A stretch of 64,000 bases of DNA from Limnothrix sp. BL-A-16 (GTDB taxonomy: Bacteria; Cyanobacteriota; Cyanobacteriia; CACIAM-69d), in contig CP166615.1 in the NCBI GenBank assembly GCA_041937175.2, positions 736,001 to 800,000 on the forward strand, in the 5' to 3' direction. Positions 9,840 through 19,897 of this stretch are shown here, in pieces. The translations under genes were made by a program, and so were the position numbers. The notes below the pieces were generated by a model that saw nothing but the letters and a program-made list of their open reading frames with translations, did no database searches and had not been told where the DNA came from. Every line of letters starts with the position of its first letter. The stretch's first letter is position 1.

Positions 9840-12046
9840 ATGCCCTATGAACCGCTGCACCACAAATATCGCCCCCAACGGTTTGCCGACTTGGTGGGCC
9901 AACAGGCGATCGCCCAAACGCTGACCAATGCGCTTCAGCAAAATCGAATCGCACCGGCTTACCTGTTTGCGGGGCCTCGGGGAACGGGCAAAACCTCCAG
10001 CGCCCGAATTTTGGCCAAGTCGTTGAACTGCCTGAGCAGCGAGGGCCCCACGGCGGAACCCTGCGGCCATTGCCAAACTTGCGTGGAAATTACGCAGGGG
10101 CGGGCGCTGGATGTGGTGGAAATTGACGCAGCCAGCAACACGGGTGTTGACAATATTCGAGAGCTGATTGAACGGGCCCAATTTGCCCCGGTGCAATGTC
10201 GCTACAAGGTTTATGTGCTGGACGAGGTGCATATGCTGTCGGGGGCGGCGTTCAATGCGCTGCTGAAAACCCTGGAGGAACCGCCGGCCCATGTGGTGTT
10301 TGTGTTGGCCACGACGGATCCGCAGCGGGTTTTGCCGACGATTATTTCTCGCTGTCAGCGGTTTGACTTCCGGCGGATTCCCCTGGTGGACATGGTGAGC
10401 CATTTGGGGACGATCGCCCAACAGGAGTCGATCGAGATTGTGCCGGAAGCGTTGACCCTGGTGGCCCAAATTGCGCAGGGGGGCTTGCGCGATGCGGAAA
10501 GCCTGCTGGATCAACTGAGCCTGGTTCCCACGGGGGTGACGGTGGAGGCCGTTTGGGATCTGGTGGGGGCTGTGCCGGAGCGGGATTTGCTGGCGTTGGT
10601 GTCCAGTTTGGCGGCGGGTGATGCGGAAGGGGCGGTGGACTGTTTGCGGCGGCTGATGGATCGGGGGCGAGAACCAACGATCGTGCTGCAAAATTTGGCG
10701 AGTTTCTATCGAGATCTGCTGATTGCGAAGACTGCGCCCGATCGGGGTGATTTGGTGGCCCTGACGGAGCCAACTTGGCAGCAACTCTGTGAATTTGCCC
10801 GCAGTCAGGAACTGAGCTGGATCTTGCATGGGCAGCAGTACCTCAAAACTAGCGAATCGCTGCTGAAAAACTCCACCCAGCCTCGGTTGTGGTTGGAGGT
10901 GACTTTGATGGGGCTGTTGCCGGGGGCGGTGGCTCCGGTGGGGGCTGTTGGGTCGGTGGCTCCGATGCCGCCTCGCCCGATCGCCCCGATCGCACTTCCG
11001 GCTCCTGTGCCGACCCCGATCGCGCCTGTTTCGGTTCCTGTGCCGGGGGATCCGCTCTCGGCTCTGTTGGCCCAGTTGGGGCTAGATCCGGGGGCGATCG
11101 CCCAATTTACCCAGGGCGTGACCCAATGGGCCCAAACGAATCCTGCTGCGCTGATGCAGTTGATCGGTCTGTTGCAATCCCTGGGAGGCGTGTCTCCAGC
11201 CCCGATCGCCACAAGCACCCCCACCGCCACAACGACTCCGGCGGCGATCGCTCCGGTGGCCGCTGTTGCTCCACCGGCCCCCGCGCCAACTCCGGTTCCG
11301 GAGCCGGCCCCGGTCAACGCTGGCCCCGATGAAACCTTTGCACCGGAACCCAGCCCGATCGCGCCGGTTCCCGCTTCTGCGGAGCTGGATCAACTGTGGC
11401 AAGCGATCTTGGTGCATGTGCAACCCCCGGCCACCAAGATGATGTTGTCGCAGATGGGGCAACTGCTGTCCTTTGATGGTCAAAACGCCGTGGTGGGGAT
11501 TCCGCCCAGTTGGGTCGCCAAGTTTGAGTCCCGCACCAAGGCGATCGAAACGGCCTTTCAGCAGCACCTGCAACGCAGCGTCGCGGTTGCGATTCGGGCC
11601 AATGTGGTGATGCCCCCCCAGACCAGCGCGCCCGCGTCCTTCCCAAAAAATCCACCCAGGGGAACGCCCCCCCGCCCCAGTCCCCGAACCCAGCCCGGAA
11701 CCCGAATCCGATTCCGACTACGGCCGCGAACCCAACGGCGGGCGGGTTTGGTGGGATCGCGACTAGGGTGGCTCCACCGCCCACCGCATCCCCAGCCGTG
11801 CTGCCCCAGGCCCCCGCTGCGAATCCCCTGCCGGCCTCGGGCCAGCCCCCGCGCCCGGCCCCGATCGTCCTGGGCGATCGCCCCAACCGCCCCCCGCCGC
11901 ATCACCCCAATCCGTTTCGCCCCCTTCGCCAGCGGGGCCCCCTTCGCCAGCGGGGCCCGATGACTTGGTGGCCCGCAGTGCCCGCAGCTTGGCGCAATTG
12001 TTCAACGGCGAAATTGTGCAGGTAGACGATCTCGACATGTTTTGAC
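9840..12046 (+). CDS. dnaX: DNA polymerase III subunit gamma/tau; 3' part broken by two apparent frameshifts
   Basis: MPYEPLHHKYRPQ, GPRGTGKTS, C-x-C zinc motif, EIDAASN, DEVHML, SRC; the C-terminus ARSLAQLFNGEIV...MF* is in a different frame from the main ORF. Confidence 0.92.
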
Positions 12047-12249
12047 CGGCGGCTGGGGCGATCGTTTGGTTGACCAGTGGACGGATGGAGCCGATCGCTG
12101 CCAAGGCTGGGTCTGGTTGAACCGTTTGCTCAAACCTTGTTCTCAACTGTTTTTTCAGCCCCCCTTTGCGCCCTTGTGGGTGGCGAAGGAGAAAATTTTC
12201 AGAAAGTAGTTGCTTTTTCTAGAGCTTCCGGTTATATTTGAATTCGCGC

Positions 12250-12326
<77 letters not shown>

Positions 12327-12404
12327 AATAATCTGAATATCAAGTCAGAGCGAACTGAGAAAGAGAGGCCTTCCAAAAGTCTCGAAATCTGAAACCCTAA
12401 AGAC

Positions 12405-12443
12405 CGCCCCGCCACGAATCCGTAGCGGGGCGCTTTTGGTTTT
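12405..12443 (+). terminator. Rho-independent terminator after tRNA-fMet
   Basis: CGCCCCGCCACG-aatc-CGTAGCGGGGCG stem followed by TTTTGGTTTT. Confidence 0.6.
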
Positions 12444-12525
12444 GCGCGATCGCGAGATTTTGGGGCGATCGCAACAGTGATCGATTGATCAACGATCGAT
12501 TGATCAACCATTGGCTAGTTGCGGG

Positions 12526-13218
12526 CTACGCCACCCGTGGCCCTTCGGCAAAAGCTTGGGCAACTTGGCGATCGGTCGCATCCACCACCACTCCGATGAT
12601 TGGGCCCACAGCTCCGCCCACACGAATCAACACATCCTTCACATCGGGACTGCCAAAACCCACAATCCGCGAATAGTCGAGGGAGTTATCAAAAAATAGG
12701 TCTACCTGGCGACTGATCGCAATGAAATCTCCACCGTTGAAGTCAAAATCCACAATTACATCGGCGTTCGCAATGGTTGTGGTGGCATCATCAACCGCCA
12801 GGACAAAGGTATCGCGCCCAGTGCCGCCGATCAGGGTGTCGATGCCCAGGTCGCCAGCCAGAAAATCATCTCCCTCCTGGCCGTAGAGAATATCGTTGTC
12901 GCGGCCGCCACGGAGGGTGTCGCGTCCTGCGCCGCCTTCTAGCTGGTCGTTGCCCAGGTTGCCCGTCAGCAGGTCATCCCCATCACGACCGATCACAAAA
13001 TCAAAACCCTGGCCCCCAAAGAGCACATCGCTGCCCTCGTTGCCGATCAGGGTGTCGTTGTCGCTATTGCCATAGAGGGTGTCGTTGTCGCTGGAACCGT
13101 TGATGTAATCGTTGCCGGCGAGGGCCCGCACACCCAGGCGGCCTTGCTGGCCGGCTGCGAGGGAGATGGTTTCGCTGTTGTTGGTGAGATCGAGATAGTC
13201 AATATCTGTCCGAGCCAT
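12526..13218 (-). CDS. RTX/hemolysin-type calcium-binding repeat protein
   Basis: About ten GGxGxDxLx-type nonapeptide repeats, then a D.FV...ADVIVDF C-terminal segment. Confidence 0.85.
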   Translation of the reverse strand: MARTDIDYLDLTNNSETISLAAGQQGRLGVRALAGNDYINGSSDNDTLYGNSDNDTLIGNEGSDVLFGGQGFDFVIGRDGDDLLTGNLGNDQLEGGAGRDTLRGGRDNDILYGQEGDDFLAGDLGIDTLIGGTGRDTFVLAVDDATTTIANADVIVDFDFNGGDFIAISRQVDLFFDNSLDYSRIVGFGSPDVKDVLIRVGGAVGPIIGVVVDATDRQVAQAFAEGPRVA

Positions 13219-13324
13219 GGTGAAGGATCTTTTCTCTGTTTAGGAATGGGTGGTTTTTAGGAATGGGTTAGGAACCGTCCAGCAATGCCGAGATTACCCG
13301 AGCAGGTGGAGTTGGGGCTGGCGT

Positions 13325-13933
13325 TTATCGCCGCTCGCGGCTGTTCATGAGGGCTTCCCGCACGCGCTGAATTGACCAGCCTCCCCGCAGTCGTTCGAGG
13401 TAGGTGCGCATTCCTCGGCTGTCGGCCCGACGGCCCAAAATTTCTTGATAGGCGCGATCGATGGCGGATTCGGCCTCGCGACTGTTGGCTAATTCGTCCC
13501 GCACCCGTTGCAGCGACCAGTTGCGATCGCGCACCCGATCAACATAGGTACGCAGTCCGTTGCGATCGGCTGGCCGGCCCAACACTTCGCGATAGAGCCG
13601 ATCGATCCGATCTTCCAAGTCCCGTCGATCGCCTCGATAGTTGTTGCGATCGTTATCGTAGTCGTCGCGATACCGCTCTTCGTTGCGATCGTAGTAGCGA
13701 TAATCATCCCGATCTCGATTTCGATTCTGGTTGCGATCGCTGTCCGATCGGCTGCCATCATCACAGCGCAACTGGCCCCCTTCCCAGCGGCAGGAACTTT
13801 GGGCCATGGCTGGTTCGATCGCAATCCCATGGGCCACTCCCAACCCTAACAAGAATGCCGCCAATGCAGTACAGGTACGGTTCATGGAACGGTTCATAGG
13901 AATCATCTCCTGATTGAATGGTTGAGCCTCCAC
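13325..13933 (-). CDS. Secreted protein with R/D/Y-rich linker and two DUF4214-like helical repeats
   Basis: Signal peptide (..PAMAQ); two copies of IDRxYxExLGRxADxxGxRTYxxRxRxxWSxQRVR; real start probably a downstream Met. Confidence 0.65.
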   Translation of the reverse strand: MEAQPFNQEMIPMNRSMNRTCTALAAFLLGLGVAHGIAIEPAMAQSSCRWEGGQLRCDDGSRSDSDRNQNRNRDRDDYRYYDRNEERYRDDYDNDRNNYRGDRRDLEDRIDRLYREVLGRPADRNGLRTYVDRVRDRNWSLQRVRDELANSREAESAIDRAYQEILGRRADSRGMRTYLERLRGGWSIQRVREALMNSRERR

Positions 13934-14593
13934 TGTGTCTCTTGGGGAGATTTCACAATGGGTGAGGTGTTTTTTGGTGGCTTGGCATTACTCTGAATTA
14001 GCCACTAACCTCCAAGTTCAGTCTCTCGACTCTGGGGGCGGAATTCAGGAATTGCAAGAATTTTTTTGGTTTGCGCTAGCAGTGTGGCGCGGGGCTTTGA
14101 ATTGTTGGTGTTGGCAGACAACCTTTACCTTCTTTCAATGGTCATCATTAACCATCGAAATAGATTTGAGATGTATTGACCGGATCTGCGTTGCCAGTTC
14201 TGTTGTTGTTTTTGCACCAACATCCGTGAAATGACATGGCATCTTTCATGAAGTTTTTGATGAAATTGTTCATGAGATTCTCCATGAAATCACCAGCTCA
14301 AGCATCACCCAAATCAGCCATGAAATCATTAACAAAATTAGCAATGAAATATCAAGCCTGTGTCTAACAGTAACGAGGGCAGAAGCCGAATTTGGTTGAG
14401 TTTTGGCCGCTTGTTGCATTGTCTTGCCCTCGGAACTTTTTGGGCTGTGGGGCCGTCTCGCGCCCCTTCTGAATATTCCGGTGGTCGTCGGCTCAGAATG
14501 GAGTCCGAAGGGGGCTGAAAGGCTGATTCATGGGACGTTTCAGGGGCAGCGCGGCGACGGGAACCCTAGGTTGGGCCAAAACCACCCCGTACA

Positions 14594-15424
14594 ATGAAGC
14601 CATTCCTTAGCGCGACGGCTCCAATGGGAGCTGCTTCGGCCGTGTTGTCACAACCAAGTCGATCGAACTGGCTGCCTTGGGTCGATGTGGCAGCGATCGC
14701 AGCGTGGGGAGCGCTGATGTTGCACTACTGGCACGGTGGCCGCTTGGCCCTGCTGATCCATCCCGCTTATCACGGCTTGGTGGTGGTCACGGGGTTTTTA
14801 TTGCTGATGGCGGCGGCCAGTCTGGCGATTAATTTGGTGCAATCTGGGCGGCTGTTGCGGCGGCGATTGTCGTTGGCGGCGGATCCTGACTCAGAACAAC
14901 ACATCAGCCTGCTGCCCAAGGGGTGGGCAACGCTGTTATTGCTGTTGGCGGCGATCGGGGGGTTTTGGATTGCGCCGCAGCCCCTCACCAGCCACAAAGC
15001 TTTGCAACGGGGCATTGGCGACCCCACCACCGCGATCGCCCGTGCGCCCAAGGCCTTTCGCAGCAACAAGCGCCCGGAACAGCGATCGCTGATTGAGTGG
15101 GTGCGGACTTTGGAGGTTTATCCCGAACCGGAAGCCTACCGCAACCAACCGGTGAACATCAGCGGTTTTGTCACCAAGGTGGAGGGCTACCCGGCGGATG
15201 TGTTTTGGATTTCGCGGTTTACGATCACCTGCTGTGCGGCGGATGCTTACCCGATCGGGCTGCCCGTGCGCCGGCCGGCCAATATGCCGGACTATCCCCC
15301 TGATACTTGGCTAGAAATTCAGGGGCGAATGGCGGTGGATGAAATCAAGGGCGAGCGAGTGTTGAGCATTACGCCACAAACAATGCGCCCGATTCCGGTT
15401 CCCAAAAATCCCTATGAGTTCTAG
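14594..15424 (+). CDS. TIGR03943/DUF1980 family membrane protein
   Basis: LLIHPAY, three TM segments, RFTITCCAADAYPIGLPV, C-terminal PKNPY. Confidence 0.85.
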   Translation: MKPFLSATAPMGAASAVLSQPSRSNWLPWVDVAAIAAWGALMLHYWHGGRLALLIHPAYHGLVVVTGFLLLMAAASLAINLVQSGRLLRRRLSLAADPDSEQHISLLPKGWATLLLLLAAIGGFWIAPQPLTSHKALQRGIGDPTTAIARAPKAFRSNKRPEQRSLIEWVRTLEVYPEPEAYRNQPVNISGFVTKVEGYPADVFWISRFTITCCAADAYPIGLPVRRPANMPDYPPDTWLEIQGRMAVDEIKGERVLSITPQTMRPIPVPKNPYEF

Positions 15425-15531
15425 ATGAGTTTTGGGCATGACTCTTGGGCATGACTCTTGGGCGTGATTCTTAGGGGCGATCGGGCGAAAGTAAAGGCGC
15501 AATCCGGTGCAATCAACTGAGGAATTTCTGA

Positions 15532-17175
15532 TTGGGTATGTGGCGATCCGTGCAACATCGATGGCAAAACACCCCCAGGGGCAATCCCCAATGGCAACCG
15601 ATCGATCGGGCCGCTTGGCTGGTGATCGCGGCTTTGGTGGTGGCGATCGCGGCTTTGTTGGTGCTGGGCGATCGATCGGCGGCGCGGGTGCGCGACTTTT
15701 CATGGGCCGATCGCACCATTGGGGCGGACGATCGTGCCTTTGTGTTGGCCTTCAATCGGCCGATGAATCGAGACAGTGTGGAGGCGAATTTAAAACTGGA
15801 TCCCCCCCTGGAAGGGAAAGTTAGCTGGGCCGGAACCCGGATGGCCTTCACGCTCGATCGCCCAGCACCCTATGGCACCAGCTTTCAACTCCAGTTGGGA
15901 GCCGGGGCCCGCGACACCCGCGAAGACAGCAAACCGGCGGAATCCTTCTCGGCGGCATTTCGATCGCGCGATCGGGTTTTTGCTTACATTGGCACCGAAG
16001 GCGAAGAAGCCGGCCGCCTGATCCTGTATGAACTGACCCAGCAGCGGAAAACCATCCTGACTCCGCCGAACCTGTTGGTAAACGACTTCAAGCCCTATCC
16101 CAACCGCGATCGGATCCTGTTTTCCGCCACCGAAACCAGCACCCTGGAAAAGACCGACAGCCCCAGCCTGCTCGAACAGCAGTTTTATACGGTCACCACA
16201 GGCTTGAGCGTCAATAACCAGGCTCCCGAACCGGCTGGCGAAGTTACGCCGGTTTTGGATAACCGAGATTATCAAAATTTGAAATTTGACTTGGCTCCCG
16301 ACGGTTCGGCGGCCCTGGTGCAACGGGCGGAGCGCAAAAATGCCAGCAATGTCAGTTTGTGGCTGCTGCGCGATCGGCAAACGCCCCAAAAGCTGGAAAG
16401 CCAAGGCGGCGGCGAGTTTGTGATTACGCCCGACAGCCAATCGATCGCCATCACCCAGGGGCAAGGGGTGGCCATTTTGCCCCTGCCCCAAGCTGACACG
16501 GGCAACAACGATCGCTACCGGCGGGAAATTCAACCCCTGGACTTTTTGCCCAAGTTTGGAACCGTGTTGGGATTTGCCAGCGACGGTTCAGCGGCGGCCC
16601 TGGTGAAATTCAACGGCGACTTTACCCGATCGCTCTTTGTGGTCACCCCCAGCGGCGAAACGGAACTGGCCCGAATTCAAGGATCGATTTTGCGCGCCGA
16701 ATTCACCCCCGATAACCGCGTGCTCTACGCCTTGGTCACCCAACGGGTTGAGGATGAAAACTACCGCGAACAGCCCTATATCGGAGCCTTTGACCTAAAA
16801 ACCAAGGCCCTGTCGCCCCTGTTGCTGTTGCCGGAGCAGCTCGATATTGCTCTGGATCTATCGCCGGATGGTGCAGCCCTGTTGTTTGACCAAATCGACA
16901 CCAAGGCGAAGGCCAAGGGCGATCGCGCCCGTCAGTCCGAATCAGGGGAAGAAGAAACCACCCAGGGCGATCGGGAGTCGGGACGGAGCAACAACGCGGA
17001 TCGATCGACCACTGACCCCGAAGCGGCCCGCCGACCTGAAGCCAGTGATGGCAATAAAATCGAGCACAGCCAACTGTGGTTGCTGCCCGTGGCCCAAAAT
17101 CCTGACGGAACCTTTGCCAAATTGACCCCGCAAGCGTTACCACTGCCTGGGGCCCGTCCGCGCTGGCTCCCCTAA
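15532..17175 (+). CDS. Membrane-anchored protein with Ig-like domain and TolB-like propeller
   Basis: N-terminal TM; FNRPMNRDSVE Ig-like motif; repeated SPDG/APDG motifs; ends PRWLP. Confidence 0.7.
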   Translation: MGMWRSVQHRWQNTPRGNPQWQPIDRAAWLVIAALVVAIAALLVLGDRSAARVRDFSWADRTIGADDRAFVLAFNRPMNRDSVEANLKLDPPLEGKVSWAGTRMAFTLDRPAPYGTSFQLQLGAGARDTREDSKPAESFSAAFRSRDRVFAYIGTEGEEAGRLILYELTQQRKTILTPPNLLVNDFKPYPNRDRILFSATETSTLEKTDSPSLLEQQFYTVTTGLSVNNQAPEPAGEVTPVLDNRDYQNLKFDLAPDGSAALVQRAERKNASNVSLWLLRDRQTPQKLESQGGGEFVITPDSQSIAITQGQGVAILPLPQADTGNNDRYRREIQPLDFLPKFGTVLGFASDGSAAALVKFNGDFTRSLFVVTPSGETELARIQGSILRAEFTPDNRVLYALVTQRVEDENYREQPYIGAFDLKTKALSPLLLLPEQLDIALDLSPDGAALLFDQIDTKAKAKGDRARQSESGEEETTQGDRESGRSNNADRSTTDPEAARRPEASDGNKIEHSQLWLLPVAQNPDGTFAKLTPQALPLPGARPRWLP

Positions 17176-17234
17176 CCGAAGTCCGTTGATTAATCCCCGA
17201 CAGAAAACGCAAAACAGCAAACAACAAAAAAAGA

Positions 17235-18350
17235 ATGAGCAAAAAAGATCTCGTCTTCCTCATCCTTTTGGGGTTTATTCCCGTCTCGATCGCGGCGGAA
17301 TGGTTGCACTGGAGTCCGCTGGTGGTGTTCATCACCGCCTGCTTGGCGATCGTGCCCCTCGCCGCCTGGATGGGCCATGCCACCGAAGAACTCGCCGGGC
17401 TGGTGGGCCCCTCCCTGGGGGGATTGCTGAACGCTACCTTTGGGAACGCCACCGAATTGATTGTGGCCCTGGTTGCGCTCAAAGAGGGCTACGTGGGCGT
17501 GGTGAAGGCCAGCTTGACCGGCTCAATCATCGGCAACCTCTTGTTGGTCATGGGGCTGTCGATGTTGTTGGGCGGCTTGCGCTTCAAGCAGCAAACCTTC
17601 CAGCCCGTGATTGCCCGCATGAATGCCTCGTCCATGAACCTGGCCGTGATTGCCATGCTGTTGCCCACAGCGGTCAACTTCACCTCCGTGGGCATTGCTG
17701 AGAGTGTCTTGCAAAAGCTTTCGACGGCGGTGGCAGTGGTCTTGATTTTGGTCTATGTGATGACCCTGCTGTTTTCCATGAAAACCCACAGCTACCTCTA
17801 CGATGTGGCCGTGGCGGAAGGGGAAGTGCCCGATCCGGAAGCCAGCGACGAACCGGCCGGCGAAGGCGAAGCGCACCGGCCAAACCTGCCCCTGTGGGTG
17901 GGGGTGTTGTTGGCGGCCACAATTTTTGTGGCGATCGAGTCGGAATTGTTGGTGCATTCCCTGGAAATCGCCACCGAACAACTGGGCCTGACGGAACTGT
18001 TCACCGGGGTAATTTTGTTGCCGATTATTGGCAATGCCGCAGAACATGCCACCGCCGTTACCGTGGCCATGAAAAACAAAATGGACTTGTCCGTTTCGGT
18101 GGCCATGGGTTCCAGCTTGCAAATTGCCCTGTTTGTGGCTCCGGTGTTGGTGATTGCCGGTTGGTTCTTTGGGCAACCCATGGATTTGAACTTCCAACCC
18201 TTTGAGCTGGTGGCCGTGGCGGTTTCGGTCTTGATTGCCAACTCCATCAGCTCCGATGGGGAATCCAATTGGCTGGAGGGGTTGCTGTTGTTGGCGGCCT
18301 ATTTGGTGTTGGGTTTGGCCTTCTTCTTCCACCCCACGATCGCCGGTTAA
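17235..18350 (+). CDS. cax: Calcium/proton exchanger (CaCA/CAX family)
   Basis: GGLLNATFGNATE and IIGNAAEH alpha-repeats; GESNWLEG. Confidence 0.93.
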   Translation: MSKKDLVFLILLGFIPVSIAAEWLHWSPLVVFITACLAIVPLAAWMGHATEELAGLVGPSLGGLLNATFGNATELIVALVALKEGYVGVVKASLTGSIIGNLLLVMGLSMLLGGLRFKQQTFQPVIARMNASSMNLAVIAMLLPTAVNFTSVGIAESVLQKLSTAVAVVLILVYVMTLLFSMKTHSYLYDVAVAEGEVPDPEASDEPAGEGEAHRPNLPLWVGVLLAATIFVAIESELLVHSLEIATEQLGLTELFTGVILLPIIGNAAEHATAVTVAMKNKMDLSVSVAMGSSLQIALFVAPVLVIAGWFFGQPMDLNFQPFELVAVAVSVLIANSISSDGESNWLEGLLLLAAYLVLGLAFFFHPTIAG

Positions 18351-18380
18351 AACCTTGAGGGCATTGGTGTTTGGGGAACA

Positions 18381-19241
18381 ATGAACCTGACGGACGCTTG
18401 GGAAGGGGAAACCATCACGATCGCCACGATGCATGGCAAGGAACAGGTGATTGCGCCGATTTTGGAGCAAACCTGGGGCCTGCGCTCGATCGTGCCGTCG
18501 GAACTGGATACGGATCGGTTTGGCACCTTCACCCGAGAGGTCGATCGACCCGGCGATCAACTCGCCACGGCCCGGGCTAAGGCCCTGGCGGCCTTGGCGC
18601 TAACCGGTGGGTTGATCGCCCTGGCCAGTGAAGGTTCCTTTGGCCCCCATCCCAGCGTCCCTTTTGCGGCGGCTAACCGGGAATTGGTGCTGCTGATCGA
18701 TCAGGCCCTGGGGCTGGAGTTGGTCGGCGAGGCCATTTCCCTCAACACCAACTATCGCCAAGGGCGGGTTCGCAGTTGGGCGGAAGTGGAAAAATTTGCT
18801 GAAACCATTGGTTTTCCCGATCATGGGCTGGTGGTGGGTTGGGGCGAACCCCAAAACCTTCAGGGGGTGACGAAGGGCCTGCGCGATCGCTCGGCCCTGG
18901 CGGCAGCCGTCACCGAGGCCCTGACCCGATCGCCCGATGGCTCCCTGTGGGTGGAAACGGATATGCGGGCAATGCACAACCCCACGCGAATGCAGGTGAT
19001 TGCCCAAGCCACGGAAAGCCTGGTGGCCAAGGCGCGATCGACCTGTCCCGTTTGCCATTGGCCCGGGTTTTGGGTCACACAGCGGCTGCCGGGGTTGCCC
19101 TGCGGTGAATGTGGGCTGCCCACGCCGCTGATTCGTCTGCATCGCTCCATTTGCGATCGCTGCGGCCACCAACAGGACGATCCCTTTCCCCAAGGCGAAA
19201 CCACTGCGGATCCCACCTATTGTCCCTTTTGTAATCCCTAG
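18381..19241 (+). CDS. DUF6671-like protein with C-terminal Cys cluster
   Basis: ATMHGKE, DTDRFGTFTRE, ASEGSFGPHP, ETDMRAMHNPTRM, four CxxC pairs ending CPFCNP. Confidence 0.75.
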   Translation: MNLTDAWEGETITIATMHGKEQVIAPILEQTWGLRSIVPSELDTDRFGTFTREVDRPGDQLATARAKALAALALTGGLIALASEGSFGPHPSVPFAAANRELVLLIDQALGLELVGEAISLNTNYRQGRVRSWAEVEKFAETIGFPDHGLVVGWGEPQNLQGVTKGLRDRSALAAAVTEALTRSPDGSLWVETDMRAMHNPTRMQVIAQATESLVAKARSTCPVCHWPGFWVTQRLPGLPCGECGLPTPLIRLHRSICDRCGHQQDDPFPQGETTADPTYCPFCNP

Positions 19242-19358
19242 GGCCTCAAGAACCGCCTCAAAGCCCAGAAGCGAAATCAACAGCGCAATCAACCGATCGG
19301 GTGCTGCGAAAACAGACCCCGGATCGGTTCGATCGCCCTTCGATCGCCCTGAATTGAA

Positions 19359-19376
19359 ATTACATTTTTTTACATA
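19359..19376. promoter_or_regulatory. HLR1-like (RpaB) direct repeat upstream of cpcL
   Basis: ATTACATT-TT-TTTACATA, 10-bp period, one mismatch to (G/T)TTACA(T/A)(T/A); a second degenerate pair CTTACAAA-TA-CTTGCAAA at 19520-19537. Confidence 0.4.
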
Positions 19377-19897
19377 CTCTCATTTTTAGGTGTTTTCTAT
19401 ACAGTGAGTAATCAAGAACAAAATAATCAAAGATCAAGCGAAAACTAATTGAGATCTTGAAATTTTTGAAGAAAAATTGAATTAATTAAATGAATGAAAT
19501 CTTGAGTCTCTGAGAAAAACTTACAAATACTTGCAAAAAACTGCCTTTAGAGTTGAGAAGAATTGCGGAATCCTACTTTTCTCAAATGACTAAGCTTAAT
19601 TACTCATTCCCTAACCTATGCTGAATCAGGTTGTGGTTTGAAACTCAGAAGAATGTTGTTCAACATTGTTTGCAACTGGGTGGACTAATCTATTCAGTTG
19701 CCTTCTTTAAAATCTCCTTCCCTGCTAGTGCCAATCTGCTCTGGACTGAACAATCTTTTGATTTCAATTTCCAGAGCAGTCCTTCAGCAAAACTGAGCAG
19801 ATTCCAAAAATTTGGCTTCGGCTTCGGCTTTGGCTTCTAATCAGGAGCCGCCGAGTTTCTATAAATCCGGAATTGAAACTGAAAGAGTGATTGGTTT

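Noticed and set aside
10200..10250. DnaX intein
   Set aside because: YVLDEVHMLS is continuous, with no insertion at the site used by cyanobacterial DnaX inteins
11641..11766. Short +1-frame peptide (…PEPSPEPESDSDYGREPNGGRVWWDRD*) as a separate gene
   Set aside because: No start codon or RBS; it is an alternative frame of the low-complexity dnaX linker
14400..14590. Riboswitch upstream of the TIGR03943 gene
   Set aside because: GC-rich and possibly structured, but I could not match any known riboswitch consensus; an Rfam scan would be needed
15428..15475. 13-bp tandem repeat ACTCTTGGGCATG; similar short tracts at about 12478-12510, 19811-19837 and 43390-43510
   Set aside because: Short degenerate intergenic tandem repeats typical of filamentous cyanobacteria; no further structure
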